Origin: Chiloscyllium plagiosum
Lineage: Eukaryota
Assembly (NCBI RefSeq): GCF_004010195.1
Contig: NC_057728.1
Coordinates: forward strand, 40,734,376-40,798,375
Reading direction: 5' to 3'
DNA length: 64,000 nt
The position numbers and the translations under genes are program-made. Below are positions 36,713 through 50,913 of the stretch, one piece after another. Below the pieces are notes generated by a model, which saw only the letters and a program-made list of their open reading frames with translations, searched no databases and had not been told where the DNA came from. Each line of letters opens with the position of its first letter. Position 1 is the stretch's first letter.

Positions 36713-39700
36713 AGTCATAGACATGTACAGCACGGAAACAAACCCTTCGGTCCAACTCGTCCATGCCGGCCAGATATCCCAACCCAATCTAGTCCCACCT
36801 GCCAGCACCCGGCCCATATCCCTCCAAACCCTTCTTACTCATTTACCCATCAAGATGTTTTTTAAATGTTGCAATTGTATTAGCCTCCACCACTTCCCTT
36901 CTGGCAGCTTATTCCCTACTTGCACCGCCCTCTGCATGAAAACGTTATCTCTTAGGTCCCTTTTATATCTTTCTCCTCTCACCCTAAACCTATGCCCTCT
37001 AGTTCTGGACTCTCCCACAGCAGGTAAAAGACCTTGTCTATTTATCGTATCCATGCCCTTCATGATTTTATAAACCTCTATAAGGTCACCCCTCAGACTC
37101 CAGAGAAAACAGCCCTAACCTATTCAGCCTCTCCCTATAGCTCAAATCCTCCAACCCTGGCAAGATCCTTGTAAATCTTTTCCGAAAACTTTCAAGTTTC
37201 ACATCTTTCTGACAGGAAGGAGACCAGAATTGCATGCAATATTCAAACAGTGGCCTAACCAAAGTCCTGTACAGCTGCAACATGACCTCCCAACACCTGT
37301 ACTCGACACACTGACCAACAAAGGAAAGCATACCAAACACCTTCTTCACTATCCTATCTACCTGCAACTCTACTTTCAAGGAGCTATGAACCTGCACTCC
37401 AAGGTCTCTTTGTTCAGCAACACTCCCGAGGACCTTACCATTAAGTGTATAAGTCCTGCTAAGATTTGCTTTTCTAAAATGTATTTACCTAAACTAAACT
37501 CCATCTGCCACTCCTCAGCCCATTGGCCCATCTGATTAAGATCCTGTTGTAATCTGAGGTAACCTTCTTAGAACATAGAACATTACAGTGCAGTACAGGC
37601 CCCTCGGCCCTCGATGTTGCGCTGCCCTGTCATATTAATCTGAAGCCCATCCCACCTACACTATTCCATGTACGTCCATATGCCTGTCCAATGACGACTT
37701 AAATGCACTTAAACTTGGCGAATCTACTACTGTTGCAGGCAAAGCATTCCATACCCTTACTACTCTCTGAGTAAAGAAACTACCTCTGACATCTGTCTTA
37801 TACCTATCTCCCCTCACTTTAAAGTTGTGTCCCCTCGTGTTTACTAACTCATCCAAGTCATTTATAAAAATGACGAACAGCAGTGGACCCAACACCAACC
37901 CTTGCAGTATGCCGCAAGTAACTGGACACCAAGATGAACATGCTCTGTCAACTACAACCCTCTGTTTTCTTTCAGCCAATTACTGATCCAAACTTCTATG
38001 TCTCCCACAATCCCATTCCTCCGCATTTTGTATAATAACCTACTATGGGGAACCTTATCGAACGTCTTGCTGAAATCCATATACACCACATCAACCAGTT
38101 TACTCACATCTACTTGCTTGGTCACTTTGTCAAAAAACTCAAGAAGATGTGTTAGGCACGACCGACCCTTCACAAAACCATGCTGACTGTTCCTGATTAG
38201 ATTATTCTTTTCTAGATGCTTATAAATCCTATCTCTTATAACCTTTTCCAACACCTTACCAACAACTGAAGTGAGACTCACTGGTCTGTCATTACCAGGG
38301 TTGTCTCTACTACCCTTTTTGAACAAGGGAACCACATTTGCTATCTTCCAGTCCTCAGGCCCTATTCCTGTAGACAATGATGATTTGAAGATCAATGCCA
38401 AAGGCTCGGCAATCTCTTCCCTTGCTTCCCAGAGGATCCTAGGATAGATCCCATCCGGCCCAGGGGACTTGTCTATTTTCACACTCTACAGTATTTCTAA
38501 TACCTCTTCCTTGTGAACCTCAATCTCTTCTAGTCCAGATGCAAGTATCTCTGTAACTTCCTCGCCAACATTTTCATTTTCTATAGTGAACACTGTTGAA
38601 AAATATTTATTTAGTGCTTCCCCTATCTCCTCTGACTCCACACACAACTTCCCATTATTATCCTTGATTGGCCCTAATTTAACTCTAGTCATTCTTTTAT
38701 TCCTGACATACCTATGGAAAGCCTTAGGATTAACCCTGATCCTATCCGCCAACAACTTCTCATGTCTCCTCCTGGCTCTTCTGAGTTCTCTTTTTAGGTC
38801 TTTCCTGACTTCCTTGTAACCCTCAAGCGCTCTGGGTTTTCACATTTTGTCCAAACATAAGCCGCCTTCTTCTTCTTGACCAGGGATTCCACTTCTTTAG
38901 CTGAAAATGTGTTGCTGGAAAAGCGCAGCAGGTCAGGCAGCATCCAAGGAACAGGAGAATCGATGTTTCGGGCATAAGCCCTTCTTCAGGAATCTGCCCA
39001 TTCGGGCTTATGCCCAAAACATCGATTCTCCTGTTCCTTGGATGCTGCCTGACCTGCTGCGCTTTTCCAGCAACACATTTTCAGCTCTGATCTCCAGCAT
39101 CTGCAGTCCTCACTTTATTCCACTTCCTTAGTAAACCACGGCTCACGCGTTCTATATCTTCCTTCTTGCCTGACAGGTACATACTTACTAGGACACACAG
39201 AAGCTTTTCCTTGAATAAGCTTCACATTTTTAATGTGCTCATCCCCTGCAGTTTCCTTCCCCATTCTACGCTTCCTAAATCTTTCCCAATTGCAACATAA
39301 ATTCCCTTCTCCCAGCTGTAATTCTTGCTCGGTGGAGTACATCTATCCCTTTCCATCAATGTACAAACTATACCTCCTATGTTCATATCCAAATCATTTA
39401 AGTAATTGACGAAAAGTAGTGGACCCAGTACCGATCCTTGTCACAGGCCTCCATTCTGAAAAACAACCCTCTGCTACCACCCTCTGTGTTCCACCTTTGA
39501 GCCAGTTCTGTATCCAAATGGCTAGTTCTCTCTGTATTCTGAGAGATCTAAGCTTGCTAACCAGTCTCCCATGAGGAACCTTGCCGAATGCCTTACTGAA
39601 GTCCATGTAGATCATGTCCACCGCTCTGCCCTCATCAATCCTCTTCATTGAATTTTTTGAAAAAGTAATCAAGTTTGAGACATGATTTCCCACGCACAAA

Positions 39701-41620
39701 GCTATGCTGATTAGGTAAATCAGTCCTTCCCTTTCCAAATACGTGTAAATCCTGTCCCTCAGGATTCCCTCCAACAACTTACCGATGTCTGGCTCACTGG
39801 TCTATAATTCCCTGGCTTGTCTTTACCACCTTTCTTAAATAATGGTGCCATGTTAGCTAACCTCCAGTCTTCTCACACCTCACCTGTGACTATCGATGAT
39901 ACAACTATCTTAAGCAAGGGGCCCAATCACTTCCCTAGCTTCCTACAGAGATATAGGGTACATCTGACCAGGTCCTGGGGATTTATCCACTTTTACACGT
40001 TTCAAGACATCCAGCACTTCCTCCTCTGTAACATGGACATTTTCAAGATGTCACCATCAATTTCCCCACATGCTGTACCTTCCATGCCTTTCTCCACACT
40101 AAATACTGATGCAAAATACTCGTTTAGTATCTCCCCTATTTTCTGTGGCTCCACACAAAGGCCACCTTGCTGATCTTTGAGGGGCCCTATTTGCTGCCGA
40201 GTTACCCTTTTTCCCCTAATGTATTTGTAAAAACTCTTTGGATTCTCCTTAATTCTATTTGTCAAAGCTATCTCACGTCCCACTTTTGCCCTCCTGATTT
40301 CCCTCTTAAGTATACTCCTACTGCCTTTATATTGTAAGGATTCACTCAATTTCTCCTGTCTATACCTGCCATATGCTTCCTTCTTTTTCTGAACCAAACC
40401 TCAATTTCTCTACTCATCTAACATTCCCTTTCACCCAAAAAGGAATATACTTTCTCTGGACTCTCATTATCTCATTTCTGAAGGCTTCCCATTTTCCAGT
40501 TGGCCCTTTACCTGCAACCATCTGCTCCCAATCAGCTTCTGAAAGTTCTTGCCTAATACCGTCAAAATTGGCCTTTCTCCAATTTAGAACTTCAACTTTT
40601 AGATTTGGTCTATCCTTTTCCTCCACTATTTTAAAACTAATAGAATTATGGTCGCTGGCCCCAAAGTGCTCCTCCACTGACACCTCAGTCACCTGCCCTG
40701 CCTTATTTCCCAAGAGTAGGTCAAGTTTTGCACCTTTTCTAGTAGATACATCCACATACTAAATCAGAAAATTTTCTTATACATGCTTAACAAATTCCTC
40801 TCCAACTAAAGCTTTACACTATGGCAGTGCCAGTCTATGTTTGGAAGGTTAAAATCCCCTACCATAACTACCCTATTATTCTTACAGATAACGGAGATCT
40901 CCTTAAAAATTTGTTTCTCAATTTCCCTCTAACTATTAGGGGATCTATAATACAATCCCAATAAGATGATTATCCCTTTCTTATTTCTCAGTTCCACCCA
41001 AATAACTTCCCTGGATGTATTTCCGGGAATATCCTCCCTCCGTACAGCTGTAATGCTATCCCTGATCAAAAACGCCACTCCCCCACCTCTCTTGCCTCCC
41101 TTTTTATCCTTCCTGTAGTATTTGTATACTGGAACATTAAGCTGCCAGTCCTGTCCATCCCCGAGCCACATTTCTGTAATTGCTACAATATCCCAATCCC
41201 ATGTTCCAAACCATGCCTTGAGTTCATCTGCCTTCGCTACTAGGCCTCTTGCAGTGAAATAAATGCAATTTAATTCATCAGTCCTATCTTGTTCTCTGCT
41301 TTGTTCCTGCCTGCCATGACCATTTGACTCACTTCTCTTCTCAGCGGTACCAGTCTCAGATTGATCTCTTTCCTCACTATCTCCCTGGGTCCCACCCCCT
41401 TACTAGTTTAAATCCTCCCAAGCAGTTCTAGCAAATCTCCCTGCCAGTATATTAATCCCCTTCCAATTCAGGTACAATCCATCCTTCTTGTAAAAGTCAC
41501 TTCTACCCCAGAAGAGGTTCCAATAATCCAAAAATGTGAATCCTTCTCCCATACACCAGCTCTTCAGCCCACATTCATCTGTTTTATCCTCCTGTACTTC
41601 TCTAGTGAAATCCCTGTACA
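36713..41620 (-). mobile_element. Near full-length decayed CR1 LINE (ORF1 esterase end, endonuclease, RT) hosting a nested second CR1 (~37569-39357)
   Basis: ORF1 FWGRSDFYKKDGLYLN; endonuclease GGGVAFLI, LDLLLGN, EHFGASDHN; RT YMDFSKAF, EYCMQFWSP; nested copy with tagaacatagaac tail, KSPGPDGIYPR and QHGFVKGRSCLT. Confidence 0.9.
38901..39116. mobile_element. Fold-back Penelope terminus insertion within CR1, 15-bp TSD
   Basis: ATTCCACTTC(T/C)TTAG at 38886-38900 and 39117-39131; inverted arms 38899-38981 and 39004-39086. Confidence 0.85.
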
Positions 41621-42744
41621 CTTTTTGGATGAGGATACACCATGCCATTTTGCATCCATCCATAAATACCTGAATTGCTGCAATTTGTTAGCAGTATTGC
41701 CAAGGAATGCCGTAAGGTAGATATGGTAAGGTAAAGCACTATATATCACTCACATGACCATAAAATGAAAACTTTTCCCATAATCATCAGGAATTTAAAC
41801 ATTTCCCCCTAAGCTAATGATGTGCATCTTCACCAACCCTTTCAGCCATTTGAGTAATGGCATTCCAACATCATAGTTAAATTTAGCATTAGATCAGGCA
41901 TGATAGAATGGCATGTACCTACCAGGATGGTGCATGACTTGATTGAATTCAAAAACCTGAAGAACAAGCTACCAAAAGGAATTGCCATAGTCTCTCTTTT
42001 TGGCAATAAAGTTGCCAGTCTTACCAGGATACTCTCTCATTAGATAGTGTCAACTGGTGGTGATTTAATCTTAGGGTCACAATTCCACAGGCGGTGGAAG
42101 GTGGGTGGGTGTGCGCGCACACACATGTGAAGAGAGACAGAGAGGGGGAGAGTGTTGAAGTATAGCACCTCTATTTTGGCCATACCCTGTCTTATTTTAA
42201 TATCTGCCTTTCCCCCATCAGTAACATTTTCTTTGCAGACCAACTTCAAACATATGGTGCTGTGGTTGCGATCACTAAAATGTTCTCACATTGACACCTA
42301 GAGCACCTATCCAGCTTAGATTAATACACTGCTCTAAGAATTGCTGCTAGTTAATTTATGCTTGCAAGCTGAAGGGCATTCGTAGAACACATGGCCAAAG
42401 GGGAGACACTGTACAGTATTCAGATTGAGCACCTCTTTGTAATAAATGTCAACCTTTAAATAGTACATGAATTCAGATGTCATCTGTCAGTCCAGGTAAA
42501 TGCTACAATTGCTTAGCAGGAGTGGGATTTGAACCCATGCTGTTGGCATCATGCTGCATCATACAAAAAGATGTCCAGCCAACTGACACTCTTGTTGACA
42601 GGACACATTGCGAAGAGGTAGATGTATGGCTACTGGATGCAAAAGATTCTACAATTGAGTATCACTATAAATCAACTGGTTAATTATTTGTCTGTGAAAA
42701 CTTGCACAAAAGTTGGACACATTAACATCAACGACTATGTTTCA

Positions 42745-43150
42745 ATTTTACTGCCTGAACTGGAGGGCATGTCTTATGAAGAAAGATTGAGGGAGCTCGG
42801 GCTTTTCTCATTAGTGAAGCAGGATGGGGGGGGGGGGTGACTTAATAGAGGTGTACAAGATGATGAGAGGCATAGCTACAGTGAATAGTCAGTGACTTCT
42901 TCCCAGGGCATAATTTTAAAGATGATTGGAGGAAGTTTGGGGGCAATATCAGAGGTGGGTTCTTTACACAGAGTGGTGGGTGTGTGGAATGCATTGCCAG
43001 CCGTGGTAGTAGAATCAAATACATTTGGGTCTCTTGGATAGGCACACGGATGATAGTAAAATGTAGGGTATGTAGTTTATTTTGATCTGAGTAGGACAAA
43101 TGGTGGGCACAACATCACGGCCGAATAGCCTGTGTTGTGCTATTCTATGT
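42745..43150 (+). mobile_element. CR1 3' end
   Basis: LEGMSYEERLRELGLFSL and tail. Confidence 0.8.
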
Positions 43151-44131
43151 TTATATAATTAGCTGCAAAAAATGTTGGTACCTTAGAATGTGATAGGGAT
43201 TTTGAAGTGAATGAAAATTCTATTTCAATTATATGTACTCTTCACATTTTTCAAACAGATATGCACTCATTGTATGGAATTGTCCTTTTTGGAACTGAAA
43301 ACGTAGATTTTAAAACAATATTTTTATACATGTTGGTTTTTATTTAGGGGGAGAATTTGCACCAGGCAAAAATTACAAGCACCCCTCTCCTCCAAAAATC
43401 GTCCACTGGTGGTTCTATTGCCCAATTTTTTTTGAAGTATACTACAGTTAAAAGCAGATCGGTGTTTGGTCAGTTTTTTATCAATTGGCGTTGTCTTATT
43501 TTATGCAATAATGGAACAATGATTCAGATCAGAATTATCACTTATAGACTGAAACAAAGTAACTATTCAGTAAGCATCAAATAATTGTACACAAGAATTC
43601 TAATGTACTAAACTGTTTTTCCATTTTACAGACTCGTTAAACTTAGGACAAGCATTTACAAGAAATAAACTAAATGCACCAATTCATGAGCACTGGAGGC
43701 AGTGATTTCCACTATCCAAAACAAAACATACTATTGATCTGATGTCAAAGCCAACCATTCATATCATTGCTTTTAGTTAATGTCTCTGGCCACTTAACAT
43801 TACTGCTAATAAGCAAAAAAACAATGGAATATTTGAAATGACTGATTGTGAGGAAAGCACAAGTCTGGCATGCACATATATAGTAATGTACATGTAAGCA
43901 TTATGTTGAATTTGTAGTACAGTTATGAATAAACCTCAAGTCAATGATGCTCAAACTCAAAATGAGCAAAAAAACGTCTTGGTACACAATTAAACAAAAT
44001 TCAAATAAAATTTTAGTTTTATCAAAAACATAAGATTTTAAATATTCTGTACATCAGTACATGGACAATATTGGGATCTGCAATTCTCTTCTAATTCTGT
44101 AACATGCATTTCCTGCTACTCAGTTATGAAA

Positions 44132-44958
44132 TAGAACATAGAACAGTACAGCACAGAACAGGCCCTTCAGCCCACGATGTTGTGCCAACCACTGATCCTC
44201 ATCCCTCAAATTTCTGTGACCATATGTATATCGAGGAGTCTCTTAAATGTCCCCAATGACCCTGCCTCCACAACTGCTGCTAGCAACGCATTCGATGCTC
44301 TCACAACTCTCTGTGTAAAGAACCCGCCTCTGACATCCCCTCTATACTTTCCTCTAACCAGCTTAAAGCTATGATCCCTCGTTTTAGTCATTTCTGCCCT
44401 GGGAAATAGCCTCTGGCTATCGACTCTATCTATGCCTCTCATTATCTTGTATTAGGTCCCCTCTTCTCCTCCTTTTCTCCAATGAAAAAAGTCCGGGCTC
44501 AGTTAACCTCTCCTTATAAGATAAGCCCTCCAGTTGAGGCAGCATCCTGGTAAACCTCCTCTGAACTCTCTCCAAAGCATCCACATCTTTCCTATAATAG
44601 GGCGACCAGAACTAGACACAGTATTCCAAGTGCGGTCTAACCCAAGTTTTATAGAGCTGCAACAAGATCTCACGATTCTTAAACTCAATACCCCTGTTAA
44701 TGAAAGCCAAAACTCCATATGCTTTCTTAACAACCCTGTCCACTTGGGTGGCCATTTTAAGGGATCTATGTACCTGCACCCCAAGATCCCTCTGTTCCTC
44801 CACACTACCAAGAATCCTATCCTTAATCCTGTACTCAGCTTTCAAATTCGACCTTCCAAAATGCATCACCTCGCATTTATCCAGGTTGAACTCCTCAGCC
44901 ATCTCTGCATCCTGTCAATGTCCCGCTGCAGCCTACAACAGCCCTCGATACTGTCAAT
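44132..44958 (-). mobile_element. CR1 3' portion
   Basis: KCEVMHFGRSN, RPHLEYCV, TRDHSFKL, tagaacatagaac tail. Confidence 0.9.
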
Positions 44959-46015
44959 GATAATTTGCCATTCCATGAAATTGGAAGTTACAATCTATGA
45001 TTTAAGAACTGTGCCAACCATTTTGATTTAATAAGTCTCAGAGTTCCTTAACTATTGTTTAGCAAGCTGAAACAGAAACAGCAGACACTTTTTTTCCTCC
45101 AATTATTACAAATGGACAAGTAGTATAAAAATGAATCCCAGTCCAGAAATTGCCACTGAACGAACAAAGATCAGATTCATGCAAGTTTACTTTAAATTAA
45201 GCTTTAAGACTAACCTTCACCGATTTCCTGTAACTCACTCTCGAGAAGAAATAAACATAATAATAGATCAACATTTCTGCTGAGTAATTGATGCCATTTC
45301 AAATGAAATGGAAATTCACACTTTTGCCCAATACAACTAAGTATGCAGAAAGCAATTTGCTTAATGGCAAAAAAAAGCAAGTTGGTCATTATTTTACAGC
45401 AAATTTGCTCCTTAAATTAGATTTGCTGTTCCATTAAACCTTGAAATGCAAACTATGGGATGTGTACAGTGGTTCGAGGAGAAATTCTTTAAATTAGGTT
45501 TGGATTGCAATGTTTCTAAAATGTAGATTAATTATTCACTGAAATTAGTACCAAATAGCATCTGAAAATTCCTCAGGGAAATGTAGCGTACAAAGCTACA
45601 CACCTCTGGAGCAGGTGGGACCTGAATCCAGGCCTCCCTAGTCCAGGGTAGGGACACTACCACTGTACCACAAGAGGGCCTTTACAGAGCTTTTGAACCC
45701 AATGGGCAGAATTAGGAGCAACTGATGCTTATGTCATCAGCCTCTTGCATACAATGGTTTGCAACTCTCAGACAAAGTTAAGCTGCATGTGTACTTCCTT
45801 CTGGATACCTAACCAACATCATCCAAAAGCTGCTACCTTGTCATCTTCCTTATCTTGCTCACCCAATTCGTATCAAAGACTTTCAAATCCACTGTAAAGC
45901 CTCATGGGATGTTACGTCATCTGCAAAGTGCCATGCAAGGGTTCGCTGTTATTTGTACTAATTTTGAGTCAAGTAACACCGACACATTTATGAACCCACT
46001 GATCACGAAACAAAC

Positions 46016-46272
46016 TTTATTACAGCATCCCTGAACACAGGGCTCCAATTAAAGGGAGTCATTCTACTCTAAAGGAAACAGCGTTGGCAGATACCACCAT
46101 TCAAAAATTCAGGGTGCTTTTCTTTGCACAACAGCTTTTTAGTGATATACAAAATAGCTTAGAAGTATTTTTGTTTTACCAACTTAGGGAGCACCCAAAC
46201 TTTTCTGTTTCAGTACACTCCAGTTAATCTAAATTGGACCCAATTTAAAATATTTTTTAATATAGATTTATT
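46016..46272 (-). promoter_or_regulatory. Candidate CAND1 polyadenylation signals (AATAAA)
   Basis: TTTATT on + at 46267-46272 and 46016-46021; another at 43339-43344 could serve a longer UTR; usage not determinable from sequence. Confidence 0.35.
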
Positions 46273-47037
46273 CTACCTTTACTTGAAAAAGGTAGTTAAA
46301 TGTAAGTAAGATCAATGGAACAAAAACTAGCAAGGCATAAGCGGTGCACAGAGTAAAATCATCTTTTAAATTCAAGCTTTGTATTCCAAACAAAATACAT
46401 TTTACAGAACATACATATTGGAATGTCCCATGCAGTATCAATGCATCCATGGAAATAATTTGCCATTCCAAGAAATTGGAAGTACCAATCTATGATTTAA
46501 GAACTGTGCCAACCATTTTAATCTAATAAATCTCACAAAGCAGAGTTCTTTAACTATTGTTTAGCAAGCTGAAACAGAAACAGCAGACAGACAAACAGAC
46601 TTTTTTTCTCCTTTTTCATTACAAAATTCACATAATAAAAGGTGAATGGCATGAAGTTTCCTAAAAGAAAATGATCCTGGGAGTAAAATTTAACATTTAT
46701 ATTCCAAGTTCATTCAGCACACCAAAATCCTTATTGCATACCTATACACAATCTACTACTACAAATGTGTCACCTTTTTAAATACTGCTAAATTGGATGT
46801 CGTATAACAAAAATGTTCTGTGTAATTTACACTATATTTTCCACTGAACTACATGGACATTCAGGATTAACTACTAAAAAAAGCAACAATAAACAAAAAC
46901 TAGAATTTCCAAAGTAAAAATTAATTCATAAGCTTAAAGCTCAAAGTACAGATTTTCTTTTTGCTTGCGTAATGACTGAAATTTCAGTGCATAACATCAA
47001 CACAAGAATGAAAGATTCCTTCTTTGGAAGAAAAGGT

Positions 47038-47262
47038 TTAGGTAGTGTCCATTGACTCCAAGCTTGTTGAAGATGAGTCCTTTTGGATGCTCTCAAAGAT
47101 GGCTGCCAACTCAGGGTTGGAGCTTATCTGAGATTGAAACTCACTCATAAGTGGACTTTTCTCTGCTTCTGGAATAGTCAGTAGTGCTGCAACTGCTCTC
47201 ATCGCCGATCGTTTCAGTTCATCTTGTTTCTCAAACTCTTGTTTAACAGAGTTGGCTTTTAC
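47038..47262 (-). CDS. CAND1: CAND1 last coding exon with stop
   Basis: 225 nt, [28 protein letters not shown]...SLESMDTT*; C-terminus is CAND1-type rather than CAND2. Confidence 0.95.
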   Translation of the reverse strand, partial: VKANSVKQEFEKQDELKRSAMRAVAALLTIPEAEKSPLMSEFQSQISSNPELAAIFESIQKDSSSTSLESMDTT

Positions 47263-49199
47263 CTAACAAAGCAAACCATAAAAAATTTTCAGAAAGGTTT
47301 TTTAAAAATCAATTTTAAAGGACGTTTTATAGAATTTCATAGGCAAAGAAATCTACAATATTGTGTCAATTGAAGAGATGAGGGAAAAGAGCAGGTAATA
47401 AAAGTTTCAGTACTCTTTTCACATTCTAGACAATTGATTGATAATTATGCAATTCTGGACATCATAGCTGTAAAAAAAGTGTTGGATTTCTTTAAACAGA
47501 CAAATTGGTAAAATAACTGGAAAAATCTGAAAGAAGCCTATTAGTGTAACAATTCCAGTATGTGCAAAGTCAAAACGTCTGCTTTATTAACAAATGCTTA
47601 AAAACTCTGTTGAACATTTGGTAGCTAGTTCCATTCTGCTCATTGTACAATACATATTTTAAATTAATAATCAATCAAGTCTATGTTTCAAATGTCCCAA
47701 TTTTAGTTGCCAAAACTTAGCTGCAAATACGATCCCATACAAATTACTCAGTATGATTTGAATAGTAAGTCAAAAACAGCACATATTTTGTAATGCTGTT
47801 AAGCATGCAGTGCACCACAGTTAAACTAGTGTTCAGGTTTCAGTCTTTGAACTTTGATTGCCTACTATCAATAAGATTGCAACTTTTCTGAAACTTTAAA
47901 ATGTAGAATAATCCTTAACAGACTATTGCACTGGTTTATTTTTTAAAAAGGTGAAAAAAAATCATGCTAGCATTTTACCAAACATTAGAAATTTAGCATT
48001 TTGGTACCAATTTCTAAAATATTTGTAAACAAGATACCAATATGGTGCTCAAGTGCAATATGACAAGAAATTGAATTTCCAAATGACTAAAGATATCATT
48101 TTAATACTACTGGGTGCAGGTGTGATGAAAGGTTAAAATAAATATATATTTCTTCTGTAAAAGTTAGAAGGTTTTTAAAAAAAAGCGATTTTAAACTAGT
48201 GGCACATGAACGTTGGTCAATTTTAGTGAAAGGGCTTAAAAACTAAACTAGGTCAGTCTTTCTGGAACCAAAGTTTTAAATCAGTATGTACCTTCTGGGG
48301 TGTTAATGAAAGTTTGTCTGTATTGCAGGGGTTTATGACAGGACAGAGAAAACATTAAAAGACATGAGCTTACTTTGGGTTTAGAATAATCAAGAATTGA
48401 TGTTTGTTTAGAAAAACAGAGATTGGAAAATTTAGAAGCACTTTAAAGGTGACCTAAATTAAGTCAGAAGTGCCTAGATTGTTTACAGCAATTAAGGAAA
48501 TAAGCTCCCTCAGTGAATGAGAGCAGTCTGTGAAACTTCCAAACCAGGAGTGTTTGGTTGGGACCCTACAGATTATTAAAAGATAGCCTAAGCTCTCAAC
48601 TGATAGAGGAGTCAACAGCTCCAGGACCAGACCCAAGAAGAATAGTTAAGTCCAGCCTACAGGTTTGACTGGGAAGGAAATTTTCTTTCGATTTCGACCA
48701 ACTATAAAATGATGCTGTTGAGGAGTATATAGGATTTAGTTTTATGGTGTGTTTTGATATCTTGCAAAGTGTTATATTTAGAAAGTGGCTTAGCTTTTTT
48801 TGTTATTTCTTATGTGCTAATGGTTCGGCGAAAGACTGCCATGTTAATTTTTTTTAAAAAAAGATATATATCTCAGTCTGGGATCAGAATAGTCCAGTAA
48901 AAGCATCAACTGGGATAATACTGCATAGGGACAGTGGACACAGTTTTGTTTAAGACTTTGAATAAGATGTGTGTGTTAATGTGACCTTTCATTATGAGCT
49001 AGGAAAATACTTATCCGAAGTAAATCAATTAAATCATTTCTAACAAAAATGCTTATTCATATAACGAGGTCTCTTCTTCTGTTAAAAATCAGAAATTTAG
49101 TGGTTACCTCCAAACGCTAATATTAAATGAGAACATTGTCAAAGCACCTTTAGCATAGTGCAATATAAGTGGCATGACATGAGGGGAGCGCTCAATTTT

Positions 49200-50180
49200 A
49201 GGGGTAATACGAGAGAGTGGATATTGGATTATTGGATTAGTTAAATAAGAAACAGTCAAGATAAATTTGCATCATTTAATGTTGGCAAACAGTAATGATT
49301 GGAATGCCACAGGAAACAGCGCAGTAACCTCAATCTGTTGCAATCTCTATTAAGACTTGGATGAAGGGCTGACTGTATAGCAGCCAAACTTCTTTATGCA
49401 AAAACTGGTAGAAAAACAAGTTGCCAGGAGGATATAAAAATACTGCAAAGACACATAAATAGAATTAGAACATAAACTTAGCAGTTAGGTACAACATGGA
49501 AAAGCATGAGGTTGTCTGTGTTGATAAGAATAGCAAGTTAAATATTTAAATAGCAGGATTGCAAAATCTGCAGTATAGGATCTGACAGCCCTCATATATG
49601 ATGCACAAAAACTCAAAAACTTATGAAGGCAAATTGAATGTTGGCCCTTTTTGTAAGGGAATTTTGAGTATGAAGATAGAGGGGAATCATGTCATATAAT
49701 TACAGGCATTAATGAAACTGTAGCTAGAGAAGTGTACAGTTTTGATTTCCTTATTCAAGGAGGGATATACTTGTATTGAAGTCAACTCAAAGAAGATTCA
49801 CTCAATCGATTCCCAACATGATGGGTTGCCTCATGAGGAAGAGGTCGAGCAGATACTGAAGTTTAAAAAAAACATTTGAGGGGCCTAGATAGCAGAGATG
49901 CTGAGTTAATCTTTCCCCTAGTGGGGTTATCCAGAACAAGGGAGCATAGTTTCAGAATAAAGGTTCTCCAAATTAATAGCCAAATGAGTACAGATTTCTG
50001 GTCTCCTTTGGAATCCTCTACTCTAGGGAGATACGGTGGTTGGTTCACTCAGATTTTTGACCTGCAAGACAATCAAGAGTTATAGGCAATAGCCAGGAAA
50101 GTGGAGCGAGGTCATAATCTTACTGAATGGCAGCGTAGGCTCAAGGGGCTAAACTCTACTTCCTTACTGTACAGACTGTA
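49200..50180 (+). mobile_element. Old CR1 fragment in the last CAND1 intron
   Basis: SRTREHSFRI and a degraded RT C-terminus. Confidence 0.6.
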
Positions 50181-50312
50181 CCTATAAATCAGGTCAGAAT
50201 CTGATTATATTCAAATACCTCAGTAGATAACTCAAAAATCTAAAAGTATGTCTGGTAGCAAATGTATCCTTGGTACAATCACAAATTATATACAGAAATT
50301 TCAAACATATAC

Positions 50313-50420
50313 CTTAGTTGTACAGGTAGCACGCAAAGGTTCCACCAGCCTGTCCAATCTCTGTAGAACTGCACTTGGACAAAGAGTGGATAACCGTACT
50401 AACATCAAGAAGGTCAACAT
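50313..50420 (-). CDS. CAND1: CAND1 coding exon (exon 14 equivalent)
   Basis: 108 nt, [40 protein letters not shown]. Confidence 0.95.
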
Positions 50421-50653
50421 CTGTTAGATTAAAAAGCTTAGACAGTAAATTAGTTGCCTATAATAATATATTAATTACAAGCATTCATGTTTTCCATAAT
50501 ATAAACACAGACTTCAGCACATCTCACTTTAAAATACCTTGCACTAAATGCAGAAAACTAAGGTTTGGACAAAGTGCAAACCCACATGATGTGGCCATGA
50601 GCTAATTAAAATCTAACTAATCGATACTGAACAATATAATCCATATTATTTAC

Positions 50654-50818
50654 CTTGATGTCATAATGGTCCTTTAGTCCATCTTCAACATGGTTCAGGA
50701 ATTCAAAAATATCTAATCTGTCAAGACAGCTATCCAGAAGTGTGTACATGCATTCAAAAGCTGCCTTCCTAATATCTAGGCCATCATCTACAGTATGCTT
50801 GAACGGTCCCATTTCCAC
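50654..50818 (-). CDS. CAND1: CAND1 coding exon (exon 13 equivalent)
   Basis: 165 nt, [33 protein letters not shown]...HYDIK. Confidence 0.96.
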
Positions 50819-50913
50819 CTTACATAAAAAGGAGAGAGATGAAATATAATTAAAGTGAAAAATATTTAAATCCACTGAGCATTTTCAGACAAAAATATAT
50901 TTTGCATACAAAC

